Source of the DNA: TPA_inf: Saccharomyces
Taxonomy: Eukaryota
Length of the DNA: 64,000 nt
Assembly: GCA_000146045.2 (NCBI GenBank)
Contig: BK006938.2
Span: 1,408,001-1,472,000 of the forward strand
Reading direction: 5' to 3'
Position numbers and translations under genes: made by a program. The first letter of the stretch is position 1. Every line of letters starts with the position of its first letter. The notes under the pieces are model-generated. The model saw only the letters and a list, made by a program, of their open reading frames with translations. It was not told where the DNA came from and searched no databases. This document shows, piece by piece, positions 43,353 through 53,954 of the stretch.

Positions 43353-44918
43353 ATGTCCCATCTCTTCCCACCATCATCACCAGTTGCTGGTAAACCTTTG
43401 GAAAGCCCACAAAAAGAACCTGGTAAGCTTGCTAATACTTCTGTATTGACCTTAGGAAGAAAACGGTATAATTACGAATTGGAAGAGTATCCTACTCCAG
43501 ACCCGTCGTCTAGCATCGGAAGACAATCTTCACCAGTGAAAGATATCACTTCACGTTTAAATGAGACCAAATCTGCCTTGTCATCTCCTTCAAAGCAAGA
43601 AAAGGTGCTTGCAGGCCCTATCGAGATTGAATTAGATGCATCGGATCCCTCACGTTTAGCCATCGGTAGGAAAAAATCAGTCTGCAACATTATTTTGCCA
43701 TGCAGAAAGAATATCTCTAGGCAGCACGCTTTTATTTCATACGCCGCCGACAGAAATGAAATAAAATTGGAATGTAATGGAACTAATGGGTTGTCCGTTC
43801 ACTTGCCTTACTCCATGCAGTTGCATTTGGTAAAACCCTTCCCAACAAGGAACTTTTATAAACTAGTGGCAGAAGAGCCTTTGACCTCGCAAAATACTAA
43901 ACAATCGCATGGAAAAACTCTTCAAAAGAACCAAAACTTCATCAGCTTTGTTTTGGCTAAAGGTGAAACTGTTACTTTCCCCTATATCCAAGGAAGTTTC
44001 ATAAATTTTACAGGCGTCACAGTCTGTCTTTCATTGAAAAAAGTAGCACCTTATCCTGGCGATGGCAACAATAACTTTGACGAAGAGAACTCGACAGAAA
44101 CGGAGGATGAGTTGTGTTTATTAACAACAACGAGCGATGATTTTTCTTGGCAAAAAGAAACACCTTCGATGAAATTTGTCCCAGTTGAGCATTCACCTCG
44201 TACAGAACAGATCTCAAAACCATTACTTATTGCATCTCCTGCTCTTGTGAAAAACTCCCCCATTAGTTATAGAACAACACCCCAAACATCTTTCGTTATT
44301 AATCAGCCATCAACTCCAAAGAAACTGAAGCGTAAATCAATTTCATTGAAAAATAACACTATACAAGAGACACCACTTCCTAAAGATAAAATAATTGGGA
44401 CATTAAGTGCCAGTACTAGGAGTGGTGGCATTAATGAAGAAGAATCTTTCGCAGCAGTTGCAAAAAAAACTAAAGAGCTGTCTTCTACAACCGCGATTGT
44501 ATCTCCTGCACAAAAACGTCTTAAGACTTCATTGAATATTATTCCCGAAATTTCTCGGTCGCTCTCAGAAAGAGGAATTCGGTTTGATGACCTAGTTCAT
44601 GTGCTATGTAATCATCTTGCATTTTCTAACCTTCAACAAACGCCTTTATCCCAATTGCAAAACATCAATTCCAACACTTCACAATTAAGCAAAGATGAAC
44701 TAAAAAAGGTCTTGGAGACTATTTCTTGCATTGGTATTATTGTGCGTGAAGGAAAAGATGCGTCTGGCAAGCCATTAGAAGACGAGTATTACTATGATGT
44801 TGAAAACGATGATAGCGACGAGAGAAAGATTTTGTATAATTCGTTAAAAGGCAGGAGCCGATTAAGGTCGTGCAGGAAGAAACATAAACAGTATTTCTGG
44901 AAGAGGCCGACCAAATAA
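43353..44918 (+). CDS. PLM2: PLM2, FHA-domain G1/S transcriptional regulator, Tos4 paralogue (521 aa)
   Basis: The track ORF starts at a TTG at 43347. The ATG at 43353 (MSHLFPPSSPVAGKP...) gives 521 aa. An FHA-like segment is present (LTLGRKRYNYELEEYPTPD...). Confidence 0.88.
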   Translation: MSHLFPPSSPVAGKPLESPQKEPGKLANTSVLTLGRKRYNYELEEYPTPDPSSSIGRQSSPVKDITSRLNETKSALSSPSKQEKVLAGPIEIELDASDPSRLAIGRKKSVCNIILPCRKNISRQHAFISYAADRNEIKLECNGTNGLSVHLPYSMQLHLVKPFPTRNFYKLVAEEPLTSQNTKQSHGKTLQKNQNFISFVLAKGETVTFPYIQGSFINFTGVTVCLSLKKVAPYPGDGNNNFDEENSTETEDELCLLTTTSDDFSWQKETPSMKFVPVEHSPRTEQISKPLLIASPALVKNSPISYRTTPQTSFVINQPSTPKKLKRKSISLKNNTIQETPLPKDKIIGTLSASTRSGGINEEESFAAVAKKTKELSSTTAIVSPAQKRLKTSLNIIPEISRSLSERGIRFDDLVHVLCNHLAFSNLQQTPLSQLQNINSNTSQLSKDELKKVLETISCIGIIVREGKDASGKPLEDEYYYDVENDDSDERKILYNSLKGRSRLRSCRKKHKQYFWKRPTK

Positions 44919-45309
44919 CCTCAAAGACATTCTATATTTCAACCTTATTTCCATAGCATAGTCATATTACCACGTGGAGCATCATGAAAAAAACTGGTAA
45001 AACTCGTCAAAAAGTTCTAAAAACATAAAGTAATATTTTCTATATATTTCCGTTGAAGGAGCTAATACATAATCCATACAAAATAGATCATTATGCCTAG
45101 ATGTTATTCTATTGGTGTTTGTCAAGTTTAAGAATGTTTAAAACTTTTCTATTGTATCATTTTCTAGTAATTACATGACTCGAGTTGAGCGAATCAAACG
45201 ATAAGGCATCGTCTTCTCAATATAGGGAGGTGATCGGGACCAGCCTAGCATAAAGAAAGGGATTGAAATAATTATAAAAATCAAAATAAAACATTTATTG
45301 TCTAAATGT

Positions 45310-46464
45310 TTAAAATTCCAATTTCTTTGGTTTTTCCCATGAGTACTCTTGATTAGTGAAGTGACCATAAGAAGCGGTTGGTAAGTAAATTGGTCTAGCC
45401 AAATCTAATTCCTTTACTAACACACCTGGTCTCAAGTCGAAGTTCTTCTTAATAATTTCAATGATTTCGTCATCTGATTTTGTAGCTGTACCATAGGTGT
45501 CCACATGTAAAGACAATGGTTCAGCAATACCAATAGCATATGAAAATTGGACTTGGACTCTCTTACACAAACCAGCGGCAACTAGAGACTTGGCAACCCA
45601 TCTAGCAGCGTAAGCAGCGGAACGATCGACCTTGGAATAGTCCTTACCGGAGAAGGCACCACCACCGACGGATGAGGCACCACCGTAAGCGTCGACAATA
45701 ATCTTTCTACCGGTCAAACCAGCGTCACCTTGAGGACCACCGATGACGAATCTACCGGATGGTTGGATGAAATATTTGGTATTTTCGTCTAACATATCCT
45801 TTGGTATGACCTTTTCAACAATATCTTTTTGAAGTTGAGTTCTCAAGTCAGCGGTGGAAATTTCATCAGCATGTTGAGCAGAAATAACAACGGTATCTAT
45901 CCTCTTTGGAACCCATCTACCATTGTCGTCTTCGTATTCGACAGTGACTTGAGTCTTTGTGTCTGGTCTCAACCATGGGAGAGAACCATCTCTTCTAGCA
46001 TCTGCCATAGCCATGTTCAATTTGTGAGCCAAAAGAATGGTCAATGGTAACCCTTCTGGAGTTTCGTCTGTAGCGTAACCAAACATTATACCTTGGTCAC
46101 CAGCACCTAAGTCTTCTAAGCTCTTTTCATAGTGCAGACCTTGAGCGATATCTGGAGATTGTTGTTCGATAGCTACTAAAACATTACATGTCTTGTAGTC
46201 GAAACCCTTGGCAGAATCGTCATAACCAATCTTCTTGATGGTATCTCTTACTATTTGTTGGTAGTCAAGTCTAGCTTTGGTGGTAATTTCACCGAAAACC
46301 ATAATCATACCAGTTTTGGCAGCTGTTTCACAGGCAACCTTGGAGAATGGATCTTGTTCTAAACAAGCGTCCAAAATAGCATCAGAAACTTGGTCACAAA
46401 TCTTGTCTGGGTGACCTTCACCGACGGATTCAGAGGTAAATAAGAAAGTTTTGCTCTTGGACAT
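45310..46464 (-). CDS. SAM2: SAM2, S-adenosylmethionine synthetase 2 (384 aa)
   Basis: Classic MAT signatures ([24 protein letters not shown]). The track ORF starts at an upstream TTG. The ATG at 46462-46464 ([21 protein letters not shown]) gives 384 aa. Confidence 0.96.
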   Translation of the reverse strand: MSKSKTFLFTSESVGEGHPDKICDQVSDAILDACLEQDPFSKVACETAAKTGMIMVFGEITTKARLDYQQIVRDTIKKIGYDDSAKGFDYKTCNVLVAIEQQSPDIAQGLHYEKSLEDLGAGDQGIMFGYATDETPEGLPLTILLAHKLNMAMADARRDGSLPWLRPDTKTQVTVEYEDDNGRWVPKRIDTVVISAQHADEISTADLRTQLQKDIVEKVIPKDMLDENTKYFIQPSGRFVIGGPQGDAGLTGRKIIVDAYGGASSVGGGAFSGKDYSKVDRSAAYAARWVAKSLVAAGLCKRVQVQFSYAIGIAEPLSLHVDTYGTATKSDDEIIEIIKKNFDLRPGVLVKELDLARPIYLPTASYGHFTNQEYSWEKPKKLEF

Positions 46465-46781
46465 GATTATGTTTGTATATTGTCGTAAATACTGGATATA
46501 TTGAAGACAGTTATGTTTTTTAAACCTTTTAAAAAAAGAAAAAAGGGGCAGAAGCAAGATTCTCGAAAATACTTTGTAGAAAGGACAGATATAACCTCCT
46601 TCTTATACGCCTCAAGACGACAGATGACTACCAAAAAGAAATCAAGATCTCCTTGCATATGAAGATTTGACGTCGTTTACAAGAGCTATCTCAGAAATTT
46701 CATCGGTATTTTGGCTTCGGTTAATATCTGGCGTGGACCCATCGGTGGAAAAACGCCACAGTTTTCAAGCTCAATTATAGT

Positions 46782-46787
46782 CACGTG
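46782..46787 (-). promoter_or_regulatory. SAM2: CACGTG E-box (gTCACGTGg) ~318 bp upstream of SAM2, candidate Cbf1/Met4-Met28 site
   Basis: TCACGTG core in the SAM2 5' intergenic region; sulfur-amino-acid genes carry Cbf1 sites of this form. Confidence 0.45.
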
Positions 46788-46835
46788 GGTAGAAATATTA
46801 CACTGCACCGCAAGAAAGTACGACCAGATGAATCA

Positions 46836-46845
46836 CATGTGAAGA
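46836..46845 (-). promoter_or_regulatory. SAM2: ICRE/UAS-INO-like element CATGTGAAGA ~372 bp upstream of SAM2 (Ino2/Ino4)
   Basis: 8/10 match to the consensus CATGTGAAAT, including the CATGTG core. SAM2 is reported to be inositol/choline regulated. Confidence 0.45.
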
Positions 46846-47041
46846 TGTTAACAAGTTTACATACTTTTTGATCAGGTAAGCTATGCATAATGTCTTAGTT
46901 TTAGTTATGTAAAGAAATGCAAACTTTTAGTGCATATTTTATCTTATATAATAGAGCAAAGCTCGCCAGTGCTCCAGTTGTTACCTGAGAATGAAGCTTG
47001 ATCGGCTTTTATTCTTTCCTGATAGGACTCTGTAAGTGTTA

Positions 47042-47866
47042 CTAAACACTAACCGGTGAAGGAAGTATGTCTCTTTTCGCCAAGTTTGTAAATGTCCATT
47101 TCCAGCAACAATAAATGACTAAAAATGCTAGAACAGCTCCAGAGACAACATCGTACCAATGATGTCTGTGATCGATAACCCTTGAAACCATTACTACTAG
47201 AGCTAATAAAGGGCACCAAATGCAACTTCTTGTATTGCGTGTGGTGAAAACCCTTTGCCAAAGATATGTAAAGCCCATGGTACTGACTATGAAACTTGAA
47301 TGTCCGCTTGGAGTGCTTTTTAAGCCTTCGTATAGAATCCATTTGTTAGTCTGCTTGCAAATGTCCAAGCCAAAAACCAAAGAATCTGAATCACTCATCT
47401 TTTGGAGGTCAGGTATACATCTATCAACAAAGTCAGGCCTCAAGTTTCCTATAATCAACTTTAAGGCGCCTGTTAGGGCAGCATTTATGCTTATAATCAG
47501 CATCAGACATAGAATGCTAGTATGCATGAAGTGAAAATCGTTCGAGATTCCGTCCGGCCTCTCTCTTAGTCTCTTTACTCTATTCTTCTTCAGTAAGTCC
47601 TTGTCAAACATGCAGGTCCAGAAGACGACCATGTTACTCAGTCCAACACTCAAAATCAAACATTCTAGTGGGCCCACGAGTTCGTTAGGTACATAACGTT
47701 TTGATATACTGGGGTCATCAAGACTAAATTCGATGTTTTGGCCCCTAGGTACCAGGGATATCTCCGAATAGAGGAATAATATCGTACATAGACCAATTAT
47801 CATGTACTGAAAGTAGTATAGCTTAAAATACTCCTTATGTTTCTCATCCGCCATGACAGAGATCAT
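47042..47866 (-). CDS. LPP1: LPP1, lipid phosphate phosphatase (PAP2 family, 274 aa)
   Basis: Six TM segments and PAP2 catalytic motifs (KLIIGNLRPDF, PSGHSS, SRVIDHRHHWYDV). Length is exactly 274 aa. Confidence 0.93.
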   Translation of the reverse strand: MISVMADEKHKEYFKLYYFQYMIIGLCTILFLYSEISLVPRGQNIEFSLDDPSISKRYVPNELVGPLECLILSVGLSNMVVFWTCMFDKDLLKKNRVKRLRERPDGISNDFHFMHTSILCLMLIISINAALTGALKLIIGNLRPDFVDRCIPDLQKMSDSDSLVFGLDICKQTNKWILYEGLKSTPSGHSSFIVSTMGFTYLWQRVFTTRNTRSCIWCPLLALVVMVSRVIDHRHHWYDVVSGAVLAFLVIYCCWKWTFTNLAKRDILPSPVSV

Positions 47867-48310
47867 CCTTGGTAGAATATGACGAGTTTCCTTAGGCGTT
47901 GATGTAGGAGTTTCTCACTCTTGAAAGCAGTAAAATCACTTCAAAGAATGGCTTTCTTTCTTCCCTTAAAGACTATAAGTTGTCAGGTTTCACGTGGCAA
48001 CTACAAGAAAAAAAATTCTTACGCGTGAACCAAAACAAAAATTATCAACCAATACATGTCGACAAATAATGAATTAGAGCAATAGCCACGATAACAGACC
48101 TTGATTAAATGTAAACTACATATAAGTTTATAAGGGTTGGTTGATTCCATTATTTTTTGTTTTTTATATAAAGCCTATGAAAAATAAATGGAAGCGGCTG
48201 TTAGAATATAAAATAGAAGTTGAAACAACAAAAATGTAAGAAAGTTGCCAACAATAAATCTCAAACTTGAAAGTGTGGATCGAGGAATATGGACAATCTT
48301 TAAAAAATTT

Positions 48311-48694
48311 TTAGTCCCGTAGTTTTTCGAATTTTTCCTTACCAGTGACCATGAAACCATGATTGGGAGACGTATAAGTAATTTTTATCAAAGTTAAACA
48401 GAATAATGAACATTTTCTTCTATTTCTCCCTGTGAAGTTTTCATATAGAAAAAAACATAAGGGAAAGAAAATATTGATAATAGAAAGATAGTACCAAATT
48501 GAATTGGCAGGAAAATAGGTAAACAACGAACAGAAACGATAAAACAAAATAACATAAAAAAAGTAGACAAAAATAAAAACAAAAACAAAAACAAACAAAA
48601 ACAAAAACAATGAAAAAATGTTAACAAAATAATGGCAAATGGTTGTCTTTTCTTTTAGAAAATTTATAGTTACAACAAGGAAATAACAGATCAT
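48311..48694 (-). CDS. SPG3: SPG3, stationary-phase gene product (127 aa), extremely Phe/Leu-rich hydrophobic ORF
   Basis: 127-aa ORF MICYFLVVTINFLKEKTTICHYFVNIFSLFLFLFVFVFVFIFVYFF... matches YDR504C in size and position. Its ATG directly abuts the PSP1 stop codon. Confidence 0.7.
   Translation of the reverse strand: MICYFLVVTINFLKEKTTICHYFVNIFSLFLFLFVFVFVFIFVYFFYVILFYRFCSLFTYFPANSIWYYLSIINIFFPLCFFLYENFTGRNRRKCSLFCLTLIKITYTSPNHGFMVTGKEKFEKLRD
48571..48610. repeat. (AAAAAC)n microsatellite, about 6 imperfect units, inside SPG3 (encodes FVFVFVFIFV on the minus strand)
   Basis: aaataaaaacaaaaacaaaaacaaacaaaaacaaaaacaa is directly visible. Confidence 0.9.
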
Positions 48695-51220
48695 TTAATG
48701 AAATAATTCGTGAACTAATTCTTCATACACAGCAATCTGAAAGTTGTCGAGTTCAATTTCGTTCAACGGAGGTGCAAAATTAACTCTGTTATTCCCCCTG
48801 TTCTGCGAAAACTCATTGACATTCATTAAATCTTCAGCATTGTAATTTTTTACTATGTTTTGATATAATTTCAGCTCTTTTTGTTGTTTATCATAATACT
48901 TAGAATCAATAGACAGATTATTCGGGATGGCACACAACCAAATTCTTGTCTTGTAATATTTGAACAGCTCTTTTATCAAGTCTCTAAAATCATTTCTCTC
49001 CTCACAAACGTAGTAAAACGTTAATTTCTTTCTATCAAATTGGAATTCTGCGTTTAAAATCTTGATATTCAATTTAGGCTTTGAATAAGTTGCAGCATTC
49101 GTAAAATTATTGGAAGAACTGTCATTTGTATTTTGAGATTTTGAATTATCATTTAACGCTTGTAATTTACTCTGAGCAATATGCAAGGCTTTTAATTCAT
49201 CTTCAAATTTATTGTGCAAATTCGTTGTTACCTCCCACGGGGTGGCAAAACGTAAGACTTGTTTAGATGGTATGATTAACTCAGTTAATTCAACAACATC
49301 ATACAATTTGGGATTTAATTTTTTCTTTTGCCCATTTTTTGAGTCAATCAACATTTGAATAAACTCATCATTGCGATAGTGCTGTGACTCACTTGTAATT
49401 AAAGAGTCAAAGTGAATTTTCTTTTTCAGAAAATTTATAAATAATGCTAAATTCAAATCGACAGAGGGCTCAACAACCAATACTAAATCCCTTCCACGGT
49501 CACCATCAATAATAACCAAGTCACCTCTCTTTAACAACAAATTGGTAGCTTGTGGAGTAGATAGTAGTTCAAGTTTCCCATTTTTCAAAGCAACCAGTAC
49601 CAATGGTGTATAAGGTAAAAAGGAGTTATTAGCATTCCTGCATGATAGTTCTGTTGTGAAAGAGCCCTTCCTCCTATTTTTATTGCCTCCATTATTGGAA
49701 ACAATTCCATTATTCGACTCTGGATCATTAACGTAATTCATGTTGCAACTTCTTAAAATGTCCAAGAAATTTAATAAAGATTGGTATGTATTACCTTCTT
49801 CATCGATTAAGCCCATGTTCTTCGCGTCGTAACTTTCATTAGAATCGTGCAACTTCAGCATTTTCTTAATATTATCTGTGAATTCAAAAACTGCAGAGCT
49901 AGCAAAATAGCCGCTGCCACAGTCGCTGTATAAATCGTGTAAGGTTTTGGACGAAGTCAAGTGTTTACCCTGAATTAAAACTAAACCATTGTCCAAAGAT
50001 ACATTTCCTTCATTGCTGTTCTCGTTCTGAAGGTTATGTGAGTTTGTAGAAGAAGGGACAGAACTGCTTCTTTGAAGTTGAACAAGCTGAACATCATCAA
50101 CACGTTCGCCATTGAAAGAAGTAGGTACATTAACGTTTCTTGGTTGTTGTGGTTGTTGTGGTTGTTGCTGTTGTTGTTGAAAAGTAGGAAGGGATGGATT
50201 GAAGCTCGCTACCGGTTGTGTATTCCGGCGAAACTGTTGCATTGGAACCATATTGTGACTGTTGTTGTTGTTATTACTATTGCTGATACTGGCATTATTA
50301 GGCTCGTTATCATAAGGATACGGAGGTTGTACACCATTTCCAAACTCGGGCACACCTTTGGCGGTCAAATGGGTTGAGTTCAAGTTGTCATAGTTGAATC
50401 TGCTATTGAAAAGATTGAAACCTTGAGCGTGTTGCTGCTGCACTTGGGATGTTTGCTTTTGCCGAGCGTCAGGCATTTGATGGTTGATTAGAGTATCTGA
50501 TATGTAGGAGGATCTCCTAATGGTAGACTCTGGATGAGATGGCTGTTGCCAATTAAATGATGGTACTTGTTGGTTGTTCATACTAGATGGGTTGCCAGCA
50601 CTGTGTGATGGGGCAGCAAAATTGCTGCCGCTATTGGAAGTAAAACCTATGTTTGTTTTATTCATTAAACGCATGTAGTCTGAATCCATCCGATTCCCCA
50701 TTAGGTCGTTTCCATTTGAATGAAATGAATTTCCATTAAATTGCGGGAACGACCGTTGTTGAGCTTGATAATTACCCATTTGAGTAGAGTTTAAATTATT
50801 GTTATTGGATGAAATGGGCGGTGCGGACATCGGCTCTGAATTAGACGAAGACATTTGAAAAGAGGTCAAATTACTGGAAGGGTGTTCTTGAATGAACCCG
50901 TTCTGGTGAGAAAACGGTTGCTGTTGTTGATTTGGCACTGGTGGCAAATACGGAAACCTACCCATAAAATCAATATCGTCAAAAGTCCTCCTGTTTTCCA
51001 TACCATTTCCCGCACTTTTTATTGAGTTTCTCAAATTATTCAGGCCAGCAAGCGGATCAACCGTATCACTTCCTGAATTATTGGAGTTATCATTCAGTTT
51101 ACGGGGTAAATCGGATAGCGATTTTCCGCTGTTATTCTTGAAAAGCAAGTCCTCATAGTAGTTCTTTAAATCCACATTGTCGGAAATGCTTGTTGTGCTA
51201 TTAACAGTTGGGAGGTCCAT
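48695..51220 (-). CDS. PSP1: PSP1, Asn/Gln-rich protein with a C-terminal PSP1 domain (841 aa)
   Basis: 841-aa ORF with extensive N/Q/S low complexity (QQQQQPQQPQQP, NSNNNNNSHN) and a conserved C-terminal PSP1 domain. The genuine ATG is at 51218-51220. Confidence 0.92.
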   Translation of the reverse strand: MDLPTVNSTTSISDNVDLKNYYEDLLFKNNSGKSLSDLPRKLNDNSNNSGSDTVDPLAGLNNLRNSIKSAGNGMENRRTFDDIDFMGRFPYLPPVPNQQQQPFSHQNGFIQEHPSSNLTSFQMSSSNSEPMSAPPISSNNNNLNSTQMGNYQAQQRSFPQFNGNSFHSNGNDLMGNRMDSDYMRLMNKTNIGFTSNSGSNFAAPSHSAGNPSSMNNQQVPSFNWQQPSHPESTIRRSSYISDTLINHQMPDARQKQTSQVQQQHAQGFNLFNSRFNYDNLNSTHLTAKGVPEFGNGVQPPYPYDNEPNNASISNSNNNNNSHNMVPMQQFRRNTQPVASFNPSLPTFQQQQQQPQQPQQPRNVNVPTSFNGERVDDVQLVQLQRSSSVPSSTNSHNLQNENSNEGNVSLDNGLVLIQGKHLTSSKTLHDLYSDCGSGYFASSAVFEFTDNIKKMLKLHDSNESYDAKNMGLIDEEGNTYQSLLNFLDILRSCNMNYVNDPESNNGIVSNNGGNKNRRKGSFTTELSCRNANNSFLPYTPLVLVALKNGKLELLSTPQATNLLLKRGDLVIIDGDRGRDLVLVVEPSVDLNLALFINFLKKKIHFDSLITSESQHYRNDEFIQMLIDSKNGQKKKLNPKLYDVVELTELIIPSKQVLRFATPWEVTTNLHNKFEDELKALHIAQSKLQALNDNSKSQNTNDSSSNNFTNAATYSKPKLNIKILNAEFQFDRKKLTFYYVCEERNDFRDLIKELFKYYKTRIWLCAIPNNLSIDSKYYDKQQKELKLYQNIVKNYNAEDLMNVNEFSQNRGNNRVNFAPPLNEIELDNFQIAVYEELVHELFH
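50142..50179. repeat. PSP1: (TTG)n/(CAA)n trinucleotide repeat encoding QQQQQPQQPQQP in PSP1
   Basis: ggttgttgtggttgttgtggttgttgctgttgttgttg on the plus strand is directly visible. Confidence 0.9.
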
Positions 51221-51727
51221 TTTGCAACTGTATTTCTATTGAGCACTGTATCAGACACCGCTTTTTTTGATTTATCCTTCGTTTTTTTCTCTATAATTCT
51301 CTTGAGCCTTTCAATACACTTTATTCTTTTCTATATACGCTGTTTACTATATCAAAGAACACTCGAACTGATGCTATCTCTGTTTCTAACTGCCGAACCA
51401 ATGAAAAATACAGCTCTTAATTATCAGTGAATCCTTCTTCTTATCCTTTATTTATTTTTGTTTTGTTCCTTTAGCTAAAACACGGATCCGTAATGTTATC
51501 CAACACGATTAGGGGAAGGATTCGTCTCCAAAAAACCGTTATGACCCAATCCTATATGACCTACGGCAGTCAGAGAAATACAGGTTTTCGCACTCGGAGG
51601 CGATTGTCGCCAATGGAAAGCTAGCCGATACTTTTTCCGTCAGCTTTGCGGGTTTTCTTTTTTGCGGCCTTGTAAACGGCTGTGGGAAAAGCGAAAAAAA
51701 GCAATGAGTTGGGAGAAATGGATGTGA

Positions 51728-53554
51728 TTACATGAGCAACCAGTAGAAGATAGCATCAACCGCACACATGATTAGGATGTAGACGGCTATTACCTTGGAC
51801 TTATTTTGTTCAAGTGCGGCTGTATGGACAACAGTGTTAGGGTCAGGTTCCTTGGTAGGGTACGATAATACAGCTGTAGTTGCTTGTTTGGTACTGTCCT
51901 CGGTTGTTGTCGGAACCTCAAAGACAATGCCAAGCCCCTTCATCATGTGCCACTCCACATGACAATGTAAAAGCCATTTTCCGGGCATCTCGGTGTTAAT
52001 TCTCAAAACCGCGTAAGAATTTCCTGCAATGTTAATGCTATCCCTTACCATCGGTGCCTTTCCGGTTCGGGCCAGGTGACGTAAATCGTTCTGATAGCGG
52101 CTCCATGCCTTGCCCTCTTGTACGTCTTTGTGAAATGGGCCATCACCTTTATTGCCAAGAGATATTATCTGGAAGTGATGGCCATGCATATGCCATGGGT
52201 GTCTCATGTGGTCCAGTGAGTTGATTACAATATCATATGTTTCGTTGAATCCGAACCTTACCGGGTCTTTTACGTACTCGCTGAATGTCCGTTCGTTCAC
52301 CTTATACATCCCAGTCCCATACTTTTGTTTCGTGCTTTCATCTTTGTAATAAGCATAATCGAATTCGAAAACTGCAACAGGATCAGCCTTTGTGCGTAAC
52401 TTTTTATTCTCTTCTTGCGTTGGTTCTATGTCGCGATAAAGCTCGGCCTTAGTGAAACCAGGCAAGTGTTCGATGGAAACGTCATTGGGGTTCTTTGGTA
52501 GGTCCAAATGAGCGCCTTCTTTGTAAAACCACCACTGTTTTGTTATATAACCCATCATTTTGTTACAGCCATTAATCATACGAATAAAACTAGTGTCAGA
52601 CTTTAGTTTGACCAAAATTGTATATCTTTGTCCGACCGCTAAATTTATCGTTTGTACAATGAACGGTTTAATCATAATCCCGTCGGCTTCTAGAACAATT
52701 AATTGGAATCCATCAAGGTGAAAGACTTGAGTACCAGACATTCCTGAGTTTACGATTCTCAAAAGAAGATACTCGGTGTTAAATCCTATTTTGATAGTTT
52801 CACCGTCAGATGATTTTCCATTTATTAATGATCCATCAAATTTGGGATCTGTACCCCCGGTAGATGACAAAACCTTGTCGTTTAAAATGTCCAAATTCCA
52901 ATTGGTATACCAATCACTCAAAGTGATAATCCTTTCTTGAACTTCATAATCCGTCAATTCCTTCGTGTGTTTATCTTTTTTCATTGTAACAACACCGTCA
53001 TCTAGTGTCTCTATGTCTCTCACAGAATTAATAGTATTTGCCACATGATTATCATAATCATCGCATTCAACTATCAGAACACCTCTCATACCGTCACCGT
53101 ATTGTACTGATGAATGCGAATGGTACCAAAAAGTACCACAGGTTGATTGATCAATGGTAAAATTATACCAATAACTTTCTCCATATCCAATAGTGGGCTG
53201 TGTTAAACCTGGAATTCCATCAAATTCATTTGCTAAAGGTACCACCCCATGAAAATGTAAAGCTGTTGAACAGTAATCCTTCCAAACATCACTGTCTTTA
53301 CTAGCTTCTTCTTCTGAACATATCCAGTTAGTCAATTTCAAGTTAAGAGTGTCACCGGATTTAACTCGAATTTCTGGGCCAAATGTAGCGCTGTAGCCAT
53401 TTATGGAGATAACTCTTCTCTTATCAAGCGTGTATTCACTGCTCGCATTGAATTCTAAGACATGTATTTTGCCTTCCTTAGCGGCCATAATAAATTTTAA
53501 TAGTATTAAGAGTAGCATTGGCAACTGAACCGGCTTAAGGAGAATGACCTTCAT
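51728..53554 (-). CDS. GMC1: GMC1, multicopper-oxidase-family protein involved in meiotic synaptonemal complex assembly (608 aa)
   Basis: Cupredoxin/multicopper oxidase motifs (HWHG-like HFHG, HCHVEWHMMKGL) with an N-terminal signal/TM. The track ORF starts at a TTG. The ATG at 53552-53554 (MKVILLKPVQLPMLLLILL) gives 608 aa. Confidence 0.88.
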   Translation of the reverse strand: MKVILLKPVQLPMLLLILLKFIMAAKEGKIHVLEFNASSEYTLDKRRVISINGYSATFGPEIRVKSGDTLNLKLTNWICSEEEASKDSDVWKDYCSTALHFHGVVPLANEFDGIPGLTQPTIGYGESYWYNFTIDQSTCGTFWYHSHSSVQYGDGMRGVLIVECDDYDNHVANTINSVRDIETLDDGVVTMKKDKHTKELTDYEVQERIITLSDWYTNWNLDILNDKVLSSTGGTDPKFDGSLINGKSSDGETIKIGFNTEYLLLRIVNSGMSGTQVFHLDGFQLIVLEADGIMIKPFIVQTINLAVGQRYTILVKLKSDTSFIRMINGCNKMMGYITKQWWFYKEGAHLDLPKNPNDVSIEHLPGFTKAELYRDIEPTQEENKKLRTKADPVAVFEFDYAYYKDESTKQKYGTGMYKVNERTFSEYVKDPVRFGFNETYDIVINSLDHMRHPWHMHGHHFQIISLGNKGDGPFHKDVQEGKAWSRYQNDLRHLARTGKAPMVRDSINIAGNSYAVLRINTEMPGKWLLHCHVEWHMMKGLGIVFEVPTTTEDSTKQATTAVLSYPTKEPDPNTVVHTAALEQNKSKVIAVYILIMCAVDAIFYWLLM

Positions 53555-53714
53555 TCTAAACAAGTTGTCCACGGAGTTTTGCAATAATTACTTAATAACT
53601 TTGTTTAACCGCCCAGTATGTGCCACTTTATTAGCTTTGGCCTTAATGTGGACAGCTGAGATGAAGGTGGATCCTCTATGACTATCCCCGAAAAAAATGT
53701 AAACTAAAAAATAT

Positions 53715-53828
53715 TGGTTGCTAAGAGATTCGAACTCTTGCATCTTACGATACCTGAGTATTCCCACAGTTCACTGCGGTCAAGATTTTTTCTTGAATCA
53801 GGCGCCTTAGACCGCTCGGCCAAACAAC
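53715..53828 (-). tRNA. tL(CAA): tRNA-Leu(CAA) with a 32-nt intron, tL(CAA)D
   Basis: Reverse strand reads GGTTGTTTGGCCGAGCGGTCTAAGGCGCCTGATTCAAG-[AAAAAATCTTGACCGCAGTGAACTGTGGGAATA]-CTCAGGTATCGTAAGATGCAAGAGTTCGAATCTCTTAGCAACCA. It has an A box (TGGCCGAGCGGTC), a B box (GAGTTCGAATCTC), a long Leu variable arm, anticodon CAA, and an intron one base 3' of the anticodon. Confidence 0.95.
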
Positions 53829-53954
53829 CACTTATTTGTTGAAATTTTTGTATCATATGTTTGTATATATCATATCCCATTTTTTAAGAGAGTAACTTCT
53901 TGTCGGCCTCATTGTTCATAATTTGTAGCCAAGTTGTAGTGATAAATAATAATT

